From: Vibrio alginolyticus NBRC 15630 = ATCC 17749
Lineage (GTDB): Bacteria; Pseudomonadota; Gammaproteobacteria; Enterobacterales; Vibrionaceae
Direction of reading: 5' to 3'
Assembly: GCF_000354175.2 (NCBI RefSeq)
Contig: NC_022349.1
Coordinates: forward strand, 1,710,001-1,742,000
Length of the DNA: 32,000 bases
Position 1 is the first letter of the stretch; each line of letters opens with the position of its first letter. The notes below the pieces were generated by a model. It was given only the letters and a program-made list of their open reading frames with translations, was not told where the DNA came from and made no database searches. Of this stretch, positions 10,260 to 18,415 are shown one piece after another. The position numbers and the translations under genes are program-made.

Positions 10260-10463
10260 AAGGTCTTGATTGCCGTTTGTTTGTGATTACTAATACCGAC
10301 TCATATTTAGCAGCGGTTTACTACAAAATCGCCTTGGGTATCGTATTGGAGGTCCATCAGTTTATCGTTGAATAACGATGATTACAAATAAACCTTTCGA
10401 TAATATTGGAAATATAACCCTTACCTCGTAAAGGTTATCTCTGAGTAAGACAAAATAGAGCAT

Positions 10464-10495
10464 AAAAAAACGCAACAGGACACTGTTGCGTTTTT
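10464..10495 (-). terminator. Rho-independent terminator after the SulP transporter gene
   Basis: AAAAAAA-CGCAACAG / gaca / CTGTTGCG-TTTTT. On the minus strand the stem is followed by a T7 run. Confidence 0.85.
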
Positions 10496-10509
10496 AACTG
10501 TCAGAATGA

Positions 10510-12198
10510 TTACGCCGTTATGCGCTGATACTGGTCTGCCTCAACATGTGCCACCGCCGCATTCAATGCTTCGTAACGGAATTGGTACATATTTTCATCA
10601 GGCACAAGGTCAATCACATGGAATTTCTCTAGCTGTTCTCGTGTTCGCTCATTCGGGCATAATAAATACACGGCACAATTGGCATCGAGAGCATCCTTAA
10701 TCGCATTCTCTAACGCCAAACCGACGGTCACATCAATCATTGGTACATCCGTAAGATCGAGAATCATCACGTCATAGTCCGAAATACTAGAGTGCTGACG
10801 TGAAATGGCTTTAGAAACACTAAAGATCATCGGACCGGAAAGATAAAAGAACAGCACTTTACCATTCGCACGATCCAACAAGCCACGCTCGCTGTCAGTC
10901 AGCGGCACATCATCTTCATCCGCGTCGCTGATCGCTTTTACTTGTCGCGCCTGCTCTCGGCTCAAACGCTCGATGATGATAATGTTCGAGATAAAGACGC
11001 CTAAACCCACCGCAACGATAAGATCAACGAATACTGTAAGCAACATAACGCCATACATCACCGCCATTCCGGAAAAGCTTACCTTATGTGCCCTCTGAAT
11101 AAAGCTCCAGTCTAGGATGTTAAAGCCAACATACACCGCAATGCCTGCTAACACAGCCATCGGGATTGGCTCTGTTAACCCGCCAGCAACCAGTACAACC
11201 AACGCCAACATTAGTGCACGAATCACACCAGATAATGGCGAACGAGCCCCAACTTGGATATTCGTTACCGTCCCCATGGTAGCCCCCGCCCCCGGCAGCG
11301 CACCAAACAAGCCTGAGATCATGTTAGCTAACCCTTGACCTCGCAGCTCTTTATCTGAGTCGTGTTCTTTACGAGTTAATGAGTCACCGATAACCGCCGT
11401 TAACAAAGTATCAATACAACCTAATGTGCCGAGCACTAATGCATCAATGACCATCTCGACAAACATATCTGTGTCAATATAAGGGGCGACGAGAGAAGGT
11501 AACCCAGCAGGAATTTCACCGATACGACGAATATCTTCTGTATCAAAGAGAATCACAGACAATAAAGTCACCGCGACCAATGCCACGAGCTGTGCAGGAA
11601 CGTATTTACGATATTGCTTAGGGAAGAAAAAAAGAATCCCCAAAGTCAGTAGTCCCAAAAACAACTCACTGAACTTAAGGTTAGAAATGGTCTCCGGCAA
11701 AGCAGATAACGTTCCGAGTACTCCCCCTGAAGGCGCAGCATGCCCCATCAAAGGCGATAACTGCAGAATGATAAGAATCACACCAATGCCAGACATAAAC
11801 CCGGAAATAACGCTATAAGGCATTAAGGTAACGTATTTACCCAGTTTTAACGTCCCCAATAGGATTTGGAACGCGCCAGCCATCATGACAACCGTGAAAG
11901 TCATAGCCATGCCCGTTTCTGGGTATTTCGCCATCATACTGGTTAATACTGCGGTCATGATTACCGTCATTGGCCCTGTCGGTTCTGATATTAACGTATT
12001 AGAACCACCAAATAACGAGGCAAACAAACCGACCATTATTGCTCCCCAAAGGCCGGCCTCAGCACCGGCTCCGGATGCAACACCAAACGCTAACGCCAGA
12101 GGGAGAGAGATAATCGCCGTGGTTACCCCGCCAAATACATCCCCTTTGAAATTGATATCTTCAAAACGACTACCGAACACTGCTGATTTTCCCTGCAT
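10510..12198 (-). CDS. SulP (SLC26) family inorganic anion transporter with C-terminal STAS domain; putative bicarbonate transporter
   Basis: 562 aa. It has a glycine-rich multi-TM core (GDVFGGVTTAIISLPLALAFG, ISEPTGPMTV, GATMGTVTNIQVGARSPLSG) and a C-terminal STAS-like region (VLFFYLSGPMIFSV...ILDLTDVPMIDVTVGLALE). It is divergent from can. Confidence 0.9.
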   Translation of the reverse strand: MQGKSAVFGSRFEDINFKGDVFGGVTTAIISLPLALAFGVASGAGAEAGLWGAIMVGLFASLFGGSNTLISEPTGPMTVIMTAVLTSMMAKYPETGMAMTFTVVMMAGAFQILLGTLKLGKYVTLMPYSVISGFMSGIGVILIILQLSPLMGHAAPSGGVLGTLSALPETISNLKFSELFLGLLTLGILFFFPKQYRKYVPAQLVALVAVTLLSVILFDTEDIRRIGEIPAGLPSLVAPYIDTDMFVEMVIDALVLGTLGCIDTLLTAVIGDSLTRKEHDSDKELRGQGLANMISGLFGALPGAGATMGTVTNIQVGARSPLSGVIRALMLALVVLVAGGLTEPIPMAVLAGIAVYVGFNILDWSFIQRAHKVSFSGMAVMYGVMLLTVFVDLIVAVGLGVFISNIIIIERLSREQARQVKAISDADEDDVPLTDSERGLLDRANGKVLFFYLSGPMIFSVSKAISRQHSSISDYDVMILDLTDVPMIDVTVGLALENAIKDALDANCAVYLLCPNERTREQLEKFHVIDLVPDENMYQFRYEALNAAVAHVEADQYQRITA

Positions 12199-12461
12199 TC
12201 AATTTTAAAAAGTAAAATATCACTACTTTAACGAGCTAGGCGAAAATTTAAACCATAAATAGATTAAGGCTAAATTCACACCACAAATAGTTTCACCAGA
12301 TTTTACTTTTTTCTTAATGAAAACTAGTCAGATGAGTCCTATCTGACGAATATTTAACGAGATCGAAATTGTAACATTGTGTATAGTTACAACACTGATC
12401 GCTTGCATGTGCACACAAACAGCGGCAGCGATTTTGTCTTTTAAGGGAAGTAGTTTGCAAA

Positions 12462-13130
12462 ATGCCGGAAATAAAACAGTTATTTGAAAACAATTCGAAA
12501 TGGTCTCAAGAGATCAAATCTGATCGACCTGAATACTTCGCAAAACTCGCTGAGGGGCAAAAGCCTGATTTTCTTTGGATTGGCTGCTCTGATAGCCGCG
12601 TCCCTGCCGAGCGACTAACCGGACTATACTCAGGTGAACTCTTTGTTCATCGGAATGTTGCAAACCAAGTTATCCATACTGATCTCAACTGTCTATCCGT
12701 CGTCCAGTACGCCGTAGACGTTCTTAAGGTTAAACACATCATTGTCTGTGGACACTATGGATGTGGTGGCGTAAATGCAGCCATTGATAACCCTAAGCTA
12801 GGTCTTATTAATAATTGGCTGTTACATATCAGAGATATCTATTTCAAACACCGCACTTACCTAGATCAAATGCCGCAACAAGATCGAGCGGATAAACTAG
12901 GCGAGCTTAATGTTGCAGAGCAAGTGTACAACTTGGGTAACTCAACCATCCTGCAAAACGCTTGGGAGCGTGGACAAGATGTTGAAATTCATGGTGTGGT
13001 ATACGGAATTGAAGATGGTCGCTTAGAGTACTTAGGCATTCGTTCTAACTCTAAGGAAACCGTAGAAGCGTCTTACCAGAAAGCTCTTTCGACGATTCTA
13101 AATACAGATAACAAGCTGCTTTGTCGCTAA
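12462..13130 (+). CDS. can: Beta-class carbonic anhydrase
   Basis: 222 aa, almost collinear with E. coli Can: [56 protein letters not shown]. Confidence 0.96.
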   Translation: MPEIKQLFENNSKWSQEIKSDRPEYFAKLAEGQKPDFLWIGCSDSRVPAERLTGLYSGELFVHRNVANQVIHTDLNCLSVVQYAVDVLKVKHIIVCGHYGCGGVNAAIDNPKLGLINNWLLHIRDIYFKHRTYLDQMPQQDRADKLGELNVAEQVYNLGNSTILQNAWERGQDVEIHGVVYGIEDGRLEYLGIRSNSKETVEASYQKALSTILNTDNKLLCR

Positions 13131-13150
13131 GTCATATCTAAAAGTTGAAC

Positions 13151-13182
13151 AAAAACGCCCATCTTAGATGGGCGTTTTTTTT
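13151..13182. terminator. Bidirectional rho-independent terminator between convergent can and hpt
   Basis: AAAAA-CGCCCATC / tta / GATGGGCG-TTTTTTTT. Confidence 0.88.
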
Positions 13183-13208
13183 ATATTTTTTAATGCTGCT
13201 CTCAATGA

Positions 13209-13739
13209 TTATTCTTGAGGTACAACTTTACCGATGTATGGTAAGTGGCGGTATTTCTGCGCGTAATCAATACCCACCCCAACGACAAATTCATCTGGAA
13301 TTTCGAAACCAATCCAATCCACAGGAACATTCACTTCACGACGAGATGGCTTATCTAGGAGCGTACAAATCGCGATAGACTTCGGCTCACGTAGCGAAAG
13401 AATCTCACGGATTTTATTTAGTGTGTTACCAGTGTCAATGATGTCTTCAACAAGCAGAATGTCTTTACCTTTGATGTCATCATCCAAATCTTTCAAGATA
13501 CGAACGTCACGTGAGCTTTCCATCGTGTTGCCGTAGCTTGACGCTGTCATAAAATCAACTTGGTGAGTCAGTTCGATAGCACGTGCCAAGTCTGCCATAA
13601 ATACAAATGAGCCACGCAATAAGCCTACCAACACAAGATCTTCACTACCTTGATAACGCTCTGTAATTTGTTTGCCTAATTCACGAACTCGCTCCTGAAC
13701 TTCTTGCTCAGAAATCATGACTTCTATTGTATGTTTCAT
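13209..13739 (-). CDS. hpt: Hypoxanthine phosphoribosyltransferase
   Basis: 176 aa with the PRPP-binding motif [14 protein letters not shown] and the [13 protein letters not shown] flexible-loop region. Confidence 0.96.
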   Translation of the reverse strand: MKHTIEVMISEQEVQERVRELGKQITERYQGSEDLVLVGLLRGSFVFMADLARAIELTHQVDFMTASSYGNTMESSRDVRILKDLDDDIKGKDILLVEDIIDTGNTLNKIREILSLREPKSIAICTLLDKPSRREVNVPVDWIGFEIPDEFVVGVGIDYAQKYRHLPYIGKVVPQE

Positions 13740-13890
13740 ACTGTGCTCAATCTAAATTTGTGGGTTGAGGTAAGTCGCACGCAAACGATCACCTAATCTT
13801 ACGGCGTGTAGTGTATCACCACGTTCATTGGGTTGAAAGTCGCATCCTGTTGCCAAAAAATCTTGGAAGAAGGTCTTAGTTTTATAAAGT

Positions 13891-13912
13891 TCATAGCTAA
13901 ATTTATCAATAA
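13891..13912. promoter_or_regulatory. Candidate LuxR/SmcR/HapR-type binding box (autoregulation) in the hpt-luxR intergenic region
   Basis: TCATAGCTAAATTTATCAATAA agrees at 19 of 22 positions with the consensus as I recall it (TTATTGATWWRWTWNTNAATAA). The right half is perfect and the left half has 3 mismatches. Confidence 0.4.
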
Positions 13913-13977
13913 TAATGACATTACTGTATATAAATTGTTCTACAGATGTTGACCTTGTGCATATGCACCATTACACT
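13903..13977 (+). promoter_or_regulatory. Two candidate sigma70 promoters for luxR
   Basis: Candidate A is TTATCA (13903-13908), N18, TATATA (13927-13932); its -35 overlaps the LuxR-type box. Candidate B is TTGACC (13949-13954), N17, TACACT (13972-13977); its spacer contains the palindrome GTGCATATGCAC. Both are hexamer matches made by eye only. Confidence 0.3.
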
Positions 13978-14031
13978 CATCACTGCTTTAAGCAACTATT
14001 AAAATAATCAATTAGGGGGTTACCCCCAATA

Positions 14032-14049
14032 TCAACTCAAATGGCAAGG
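14032..14049 (+). promoter_or_regulatory. Candidate Qrr sRNA pairing site in the luxR 5' UTR, overlapping the SD
   Basis: TCAACTCAAATGGCAAGG can pair with the conserved Qrr core as I recall it (CCUAGCCAACUGACGUUG). By hand I get about 14 Watson-Crick pairs in four blocks. The site overlaps the AAGGA SD (14046-14050) of the ATG at 14059. Confidence 0.35.
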
Positions 14050-14058
14050 AAAATGGAT

Positions 14059-14673
14059 ATGGACTCAATTGCAAAGAGACCTAGAACTAGGCTTTCTCCA
14101 ATTAAGCGTAAGCAACAGTTAATGGAAATCGCATTGGAAGTATTTGCGCGCCGCGGCATCGGTCGTGGTGGTCACGCAGATATCGCAGAAATTGCTCAAG
14201 TTTCTGTGGCGACTGTTTTTAACTACTTCCCTACACGCGAAGACTTGGTGGATGAAGTTCTCAATCACGTCGTACGTCAGTTCTCAAACTTCCTATCGGA
14301 TAACATAGACCTAGACTTACATGCACGTGAAAACATCGCCAATATTACTAATGCGATGATCGAGCTTGTCAGCCAAGACTGTCACTGGCTAAAGGTATGG
14401 TTCGAGTGGAGTGCTTCAACACGTGATGAAGTATGGCCATTGTTTGTTTCAACTAACCGTACTAACCAGTTGCTGGTACAAAACATGTTCATTAAAGCAA
14501 TTGAACGCGGTGAGGTGTGTGACCAGCACGATTCAGAACACTTGGCAAACCTGTTCCACGGTATTTGTTACTCACTGTTTGTCCAAGCGAACCGCGCTAA
14601 AGGTGAAGCGGAACTGAAACATCTAGTGAATTCATACTTAGATATGCTTTGCATTTACAACCGTGAACACTAA
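14059..14673 (+). CDS. luxR: TetR-family quorum-sensing master regulator of the LuxR(V. harveyi)/HapR/OpaR/SmcR type
   Basis: Starting at MDSIAKRPRTRLSP..., the 204-aa product matches the LuxR/OpaR family as I remember it almost residue for residue (HADIAEIAQVSVATVFNYFPTREDLVDEVL, WLKVWFEWSASTRDEVWPLF, LDMLCIYNREH). The AAGGA SD lies 8 nt upstream of ATG 14059. The track start at 14041 (MARKMDM...) has no SD and lies in the presumed 5' UTR. Confidence 0.95.
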   Translation: MDSIAKRPRTRLSPIKRKQQLMEIALEVFARRGIGRGGHADIAEIAQVSVATVFNYFPTREDLVDEVLNHVVRQFSNFLSDNIDLDLHARENIANITNAMIELVSQDCHWLKVWFEWSASTRDEVWPLFVSTNRTNQLLVQNMFIKAIERGEVCDQHDSEHLANLFHGICYSLFVQANRAKGEAELKHLVNSYLDMLCIYNREH

Positions 14674-14695
14674 AGCTTAACTAGTAATATATGTC

Positions 14696-14720
14696 AGCCC
14701 ACCGTTTGGTGGGCTTTTTA
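14696..14720 (+). terminator. Rho-independent terminator after luxR
   Basis: AGCCCACC / gttt / GGTGGGCT followed by TTTTA. Confidence 0.85.
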
Positions 14721-14769
14721 TTGTCTGCTGTCAGCTAAGCACACATTTATATTCCTATGTAACAAGCAT

Positions 14770-14793
14770 AAAAAAACCGCTGCAATGCAGCGG
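14770..14793 (-). terminator. Rho-independent terminator after lpdA
   Basis: On the minus strand, stem CCGCTGCA/TGCAGCGG is followed by T7 (A-run 14770-14776 on the plus strand). Confidence 0.85.
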
Positions 14794-14818
14794 CTTCTAT
14801 CATTCAGTCAGAAAAAGC

Positions 14819-16246
14819 TTACTTCTTCTTAACTGCTTTTTTGTTTGGCAGGTCAGTGATTGAACCTTCAAATACTTCAGCAGCTAGACCTACAGACTCG
14901 TGTAGAGTTGGGTGAGCGTGGATAGTCAGAGCGATATCTTCTGCATCACAGCCCATCTCAATTGCAAGGCCGATTTCACCAAGTAGTTCACCACCGTTAG
15001 TACCAACGATAGCACCACCGATTACGCGGTGAGTTTCTTTGTCGAAGATTAGCTTAGTCATACCGTCTGCACAGTCAGATGCGATTGCACGACCTGATGC
15101 TGCCCACGGGAATGTTGCTACTTCGTACTTGATGCCTTCTTCTTTCGCTTCTTTTTCAGTCTTACCAACCCAAGCCACTTCTGGCTCAGTGTACGCAATT
15201 GAAGGGATAACTTTAGGGTCGAAGTAGTGCTTCTTACCAGAGATAACTTCAGCAGCTACGTGACCTTCATGCACACCTTTGTGAGCAAGCATTGGTTGAC
15301 CAACGATATCACCGATCGCGAAGATGTGAGGAACGTTAGTACGCATTTGCTTATCAACGTTGATGAAGCCGCGCTCGTCAATTTCTAGACCCGCTTTTTC
15401 ACCGTCGATTAGCTTACCATTTGGTACACGACCGATAGCAACTAGAACCGCATCGTAACGCTCAGCTTCAGCTGGCGCTTTCTTGCCTTCCATTGAAACG
15501 TAGATACCGTCTTCTTTTGCTTCAACTGCTGTTACTTTCGTTTCTAGCATTAGCTTGAACTTGTCTTTAATACGCTTAGTAAATACTTTCACGATATCTT
15601 TGTCTGCTGCAGGAATTACCTGGTCAAACATTTCAACAACTTCAACTTTAGAACCTAGAGAGTGGTAAACCGTACCCATTTCTAGACCGATGATACCACC
15701 GCCCATGATAAGCAGTTTTTCTGGCACTTCTTTTAGCTCAAGAGCGTCAGTAGAGTCCCAAATACGTGGGTCTTCATGCGGGATAAATGGCAGTTTGATT
15801 GGACGAGAACCAGCCGCAACGATTGCGTTGTCAAAGTTAACAACTGTTGGCTCACCTTCGCCTTCTACAAGGATAGAGTTAGGGCCAGTGAACTTACCGT
15901 AACCGTTAACTACTGTTACGTTACGCATCTTAGCCATACCGCTTAGGCCGCCAGTTAGTTGGTTAACAACTTTTTCTTTCCAGATGCGGATTTTGCTGAT
16001 GTCTGTTTGAGGCTCACCGAACACAACGCCGTGGTCAGCCATCGCTTTCGCTTCTTCAATTACTTTAGAAACGTGAAGCAGTGCTTTAGATGGGATACAA
16101 CCCACGTTCAGACATACACCGCCAAGCGTGCTGTAACGTTCAACTAGTACAGTTTCAAGACCTAAGTCCGCACAACGGAATGCAGCGGAGTAACCAGCAG
16201 GACCAGAACCAAGTACAACAACTTGGGCTTTAATTTCTTTGCTCAT
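14819..16246 (-). CDS. lpdA: Dihydrolipoyl dehydrogenase (E3)
   Basis: 475 aa with FAD-binding GSGPAGYSAA, the redox disulfide GGVCLNVGCIPSK, NAD-binding GGGIIGLE, and the C-terminal HAHPTLHE. Confidence 0.97.
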   Translation of the reverse strand: MSKEIKAQVVVLGSGPAGYSAAFRCADLGLETVLVERYSTLGGVCLNVGCIPSKALLHVSKVIEEAKAMADHGVVFGEPQTDISKIRIWKEKVVNQLTGGLSGMAKMRNVTVVNGYGKFTGPNSILVEGEGEPTVVNFDNAIVAAGSRPIKLPFIPHEDPRIWDSTDALELKEVPEKLLIMGGGIIGLEMGTVYHSLGSKVEVVEMFDQVIPAADKDIVKVFTKRIKDKFKLMLETKVTAVEAKEDGIYVSMEGKKAPAEAERYDAVLVAIGRVPNGKLIDGEKAGLEIDERGFINVDKQMRTNVPHIFAIGDIVGQPMLAHKGVHEGHVAAEVISGKKHYFDPKVIPSIAYTEPEVAWVGKTEKEAKEEGIKYEVATFPWAASGRAIASDCADGMTKLIFDKETHRVIGGAIVGTNGGELLGEIGLAIEMGCDAEDIALTIHAHPTLHESVGLAAEVFEGSITDLPNKKAVKKK

Positions 16247-16471
16247 TTTGACCTCTTGTAGTCATTATCCCTAACAGGCTGAGTGGGTATCGATTTTTAT
16301 GTTTAAGAGAGATTTGTTTTAAACAGTTATTTTCAGACCGCTAACAGTTTACAGAGATGTTAATGGTGTGAAAAGTAAATCAATTTAGCCTGTGAGCTAG
16401 ACAACAATTCGATTGTGAAAACCCTGAACGAAGCAAGGCTGATAACCAAATTGTCGGTAATTATGATTAGC

Positions 16472-16495
16472 AGAGGCGGCTAAGTTGCCGCCTCT
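16472..16495 (-). terminator. GC-rich hairpin just downstream of aceF; partial terminator or RNA-stabilising stem
   Basis: AGAGGCGGC / taagtt / GCCGCCTCT, a perfect 9-bp stem. No U-tract follows on the minus strand. This is consistent with read-through into lpdA plus an internal lpdA promoter, as in E. coli. Confidence 0.4.
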
Positions 16496-16512
16496 CATTC
16501 ATCTAATTTCTA

Positions 16513-18396
16513 TTACAGAACTAGACGACGAATGTCAGATAGACATGAGTTTAGGTAAGTGATGAAGCGCGCACCTTCAGCACCATCGATCACACGGTGG
16601 TCGTATGATAGAGACAGTGGAAGTTGTAGACGCGGTTCGAACTCTTTACCGTTCCATACCGGTTTCATTTCTGACTTAGACACACCTAGGATACCAACTT
16701 CTGGCGCGTTTACGATTGGAGTAAACGCCGTACCGCCGATACCGCCTAGGCTAGAGATAGTGAAACAGCCACCTTGCATGTCAGCAGCTGTTAGCTTGCC
16801 TGCACGTGCTTTCTTAGAAACCGCCATTAGCTCTTCAGATAGCTCGTAGATGCCTTTCTTGTTCACGTCTTTAAATACAGGAACAACTAGACCGTTTGGT
16901 GTATCTACCGCGATACCAACATTCACGTATTTCTTCAGAATTAGGCTCTCACCGTCTTCTGATAGAGAAGAGTTGAACGCTGGGAACGCTTCAAGCGCTT
17001 TAGCTACCGCTTTCATGATGAACACAAGTGGTGTGATCTTCATGCCAGTGTCTTTCTTCGCTTCAATCGCGTTTTGCTCTTTACGGAATGCTTCAAGAGC
17101 CGTGATGTCTGCGTTATCCCACTGTGTAACGTGCGGGATCATTACCCAGTTACGGTGTAGGTTTGCACCAGAGATCTTCTTAATGCGAGATAGCGGTTGA
17201 ACTTCTGTCTCACCAAACTTGCTGAAGTCCACTTTTGGCCATGGTAGTAGACCAAGAGCCGCGCCGTCGCCTTTGCCAGATGCTGCTGCACCTGCGCCAG
17301 ACTCAAGACGCTTAAGTGCATCTTTCACGTAAGCTTGAACGTCTTCTTTTAGGATACGGCTCTTACGACCAGAACCTTTAACCTTAGAAAGATTAACGCC
17401 AAATTCACGCGCTAGACGACGAACAACTGGAGACGCGTGAGCGTACTCATCGTTTTCTTTGAAATCGCCAGTCGCTGCTGGAGCTGGAGCTTCTGCTTTA
17501 GGAGCCGGAGCTGCAGGTGCTGCCGCTTGAGCTGGAGCTGCTGCAGGAGCAGGTGCTGCACCCGCCACTTCGAATACCATGATTAGTGAGCCAGTAGACA
17601 CTTTGTCGCCAGCTGCAATCTTGATTTCTTTAACTGTGCCAGCGAATGGTGCAGGAACTTCCATAGAAGCTTTGTCACCTTCAACAGTGATTAGAGATTG
17701 CTCTTCTTCCACTGTGTCGCCAACCGCAACCATGATCTCAGTAACTTCAACTTCGTCGCCGCCGATATCTGGAACGTTCACTTCTTTTGCCGCAGACGCT
17801 GCTGGAGCTGCTGCCGCAGGAGCTTCAGCTGCCGCTGGTGCTGCTGGAGCGCCTGAACCTGCTGTTTCGAATACCATGATAAGTGAGCCAGTCGATACTT
17901 TATCGCCTGCTGCAACTTTGATCTCTTTTAGAGTACCTGCGAATGGCGCTGGAACTTCCATAGAAGCTTTGTCGCCTTCAACAGTTAGAAGAGATTGCTC
18001 TTCTTCGATGCTGTCGCCAACGGCAACCATGATTTCAGTAACTTCTACTTCATCACCACCGATGTCTGGTACGTGAACTTCTTTTAGTTCTGCCGCTGCT
18101 GCTGGAGCTGGAGCTGCTGCTGGAGCTGCTTCTGCCGCAGGAGCAGGTGCAGCGTCAGCTGCACCCTCGGCTTCGAAAATCATGATTAGAGAACCAGTAG
18201 AAACCTTGTCGCCTTCTGCAACTTTGATTTCTTTAACGATACCCGCTTGAGAAGCAGGAACTTCCATAGAAGCTTTATCGCCTTCAACTGTGATCAGAGA
18301 CTGCTCTTCTTCAACCTTGTCGCCAACGCTTACAAGAATCTCAGTAACTTCAACCTCATCCGCACCGATGTCTGGTACATTAATTTCGATTGCCAT
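16513..18396 (-). CDS. aceF: Dihydrolipoyllysine-residue acetyltransferase (E2) of pyruvate dehydrogenase, with three lipoyl domains
   Basis: 627 aa. It has three [10 protein letters not shown] lipoyl domains separated by Ala/Pro linkers, a peripheral subunit-binding domain ([16 protein letters not shown]), and a catalytic domain ending in DHRVIDGA. Confidence 0.97.
   Translation of the reverse strand: MAIEINVPDIGADEVEVTEILVSVGDKVEEEQSLITVEGDKASMEVPASQAGIVKEIKVAEGDKVSTGSLIMIFEAEGAADAAPAPAAEAAPAAAPAPAAAAELKEVHVPDIGGDEVEVTEIMVAVGDSIEEEQSLLTVEGDKASMEVPAPFAGTLKEIKVAAGDKVSTGSLIMVFETAGSGAPAAPAAAEAPAAAAPAASAAKEVNVPDIGGDEVEVTEIMVAVGDTVEEEQSLITVEGDKASMEVPAPFAGTVKEIKIAAGDKVSTGSLIMVFEVAGAAPAPAAAPAQAAAPAAPAPKAEAPAPAATGDFKENDEYAHASPVVRRLAREFGVNLSKVKGSGRKSRILKEDVQAYVKDALKRLESGAGAAASGKGDGAALGLLPWPKVDFSKFGETEVQPLSRIKKISGANLHRNWVMIPHVTQWDNADITALEAFRKEQNAIEAKKDTGMKITPLVFIMKAVAKALEAFPAFNSSLSEDGESLILKKYVNVGIAVDTPNGLVVPVFKDVNKKGIYELSEELMAVSKKARAGKLTAADMQGGCFTISSLGGIGGTAFTPIVNAPEVGILGVSKSEMKPVWNGKEFEPRLQLPLSLSYDHRVIDGAEGARFITYLNSCLSDIRRLVL
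17560..18393 (-). repeat. Three tandem ~300-bp intragenic repeats encoding the aceF lipoyl domains
   Basis: Units lie at about 18393-18163, 18084-17857 and 17787-17560, with periods of 306 and 297 bp. A 20-nt block (GGAACTTCCATAGAAGCTTT on the plus strand) is identical in all three. Confidence 0.9.
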
Positions 18397-18415
18397 TTCT
18401 TATCTACCTTCTTAA

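Noticed and set aside
7562-12208. Other antisense ORFs of about 107 aa lie inside the acyltransferase gene (7562-7885) and the SulP gene (11885-12208). A 123-aa one lies inside pilC (26771-27142).
   Set aside because: Each is fully embedded antisense in a gene with clear family motifs. Their translations are low-complexity and lack recognisable domains or an SD.
13924-13945. TACTGTATATAAATTGTTCTACAG upstream of luxR resembles a LexA SOS box (CTGT...ACAG).
   Set aside because: The CTGT and ACAG words are separated by 14 nt, not the 8 nt of the gammaproteobacterial LexA consensus CTGT-N8-ACAG. With 8-nt spacing the second half reads TGTT. It is more likely part of an AT-rich promoter (TATATA -10 candidate).
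16559-18076. Long plus-strand ORFs lie antisense to aceF (96, 116 and 165 aa; the last has internal repeats and an Ala/Ser/Pro-rich sequence).
   Set aside because: They are mirror images of the repeated lipoyl-domain and Ala/Pro-linker coding sequence of a strongly codon-biased gene. Their internal repetition simply reflects the aceF repeats. None has a start context.
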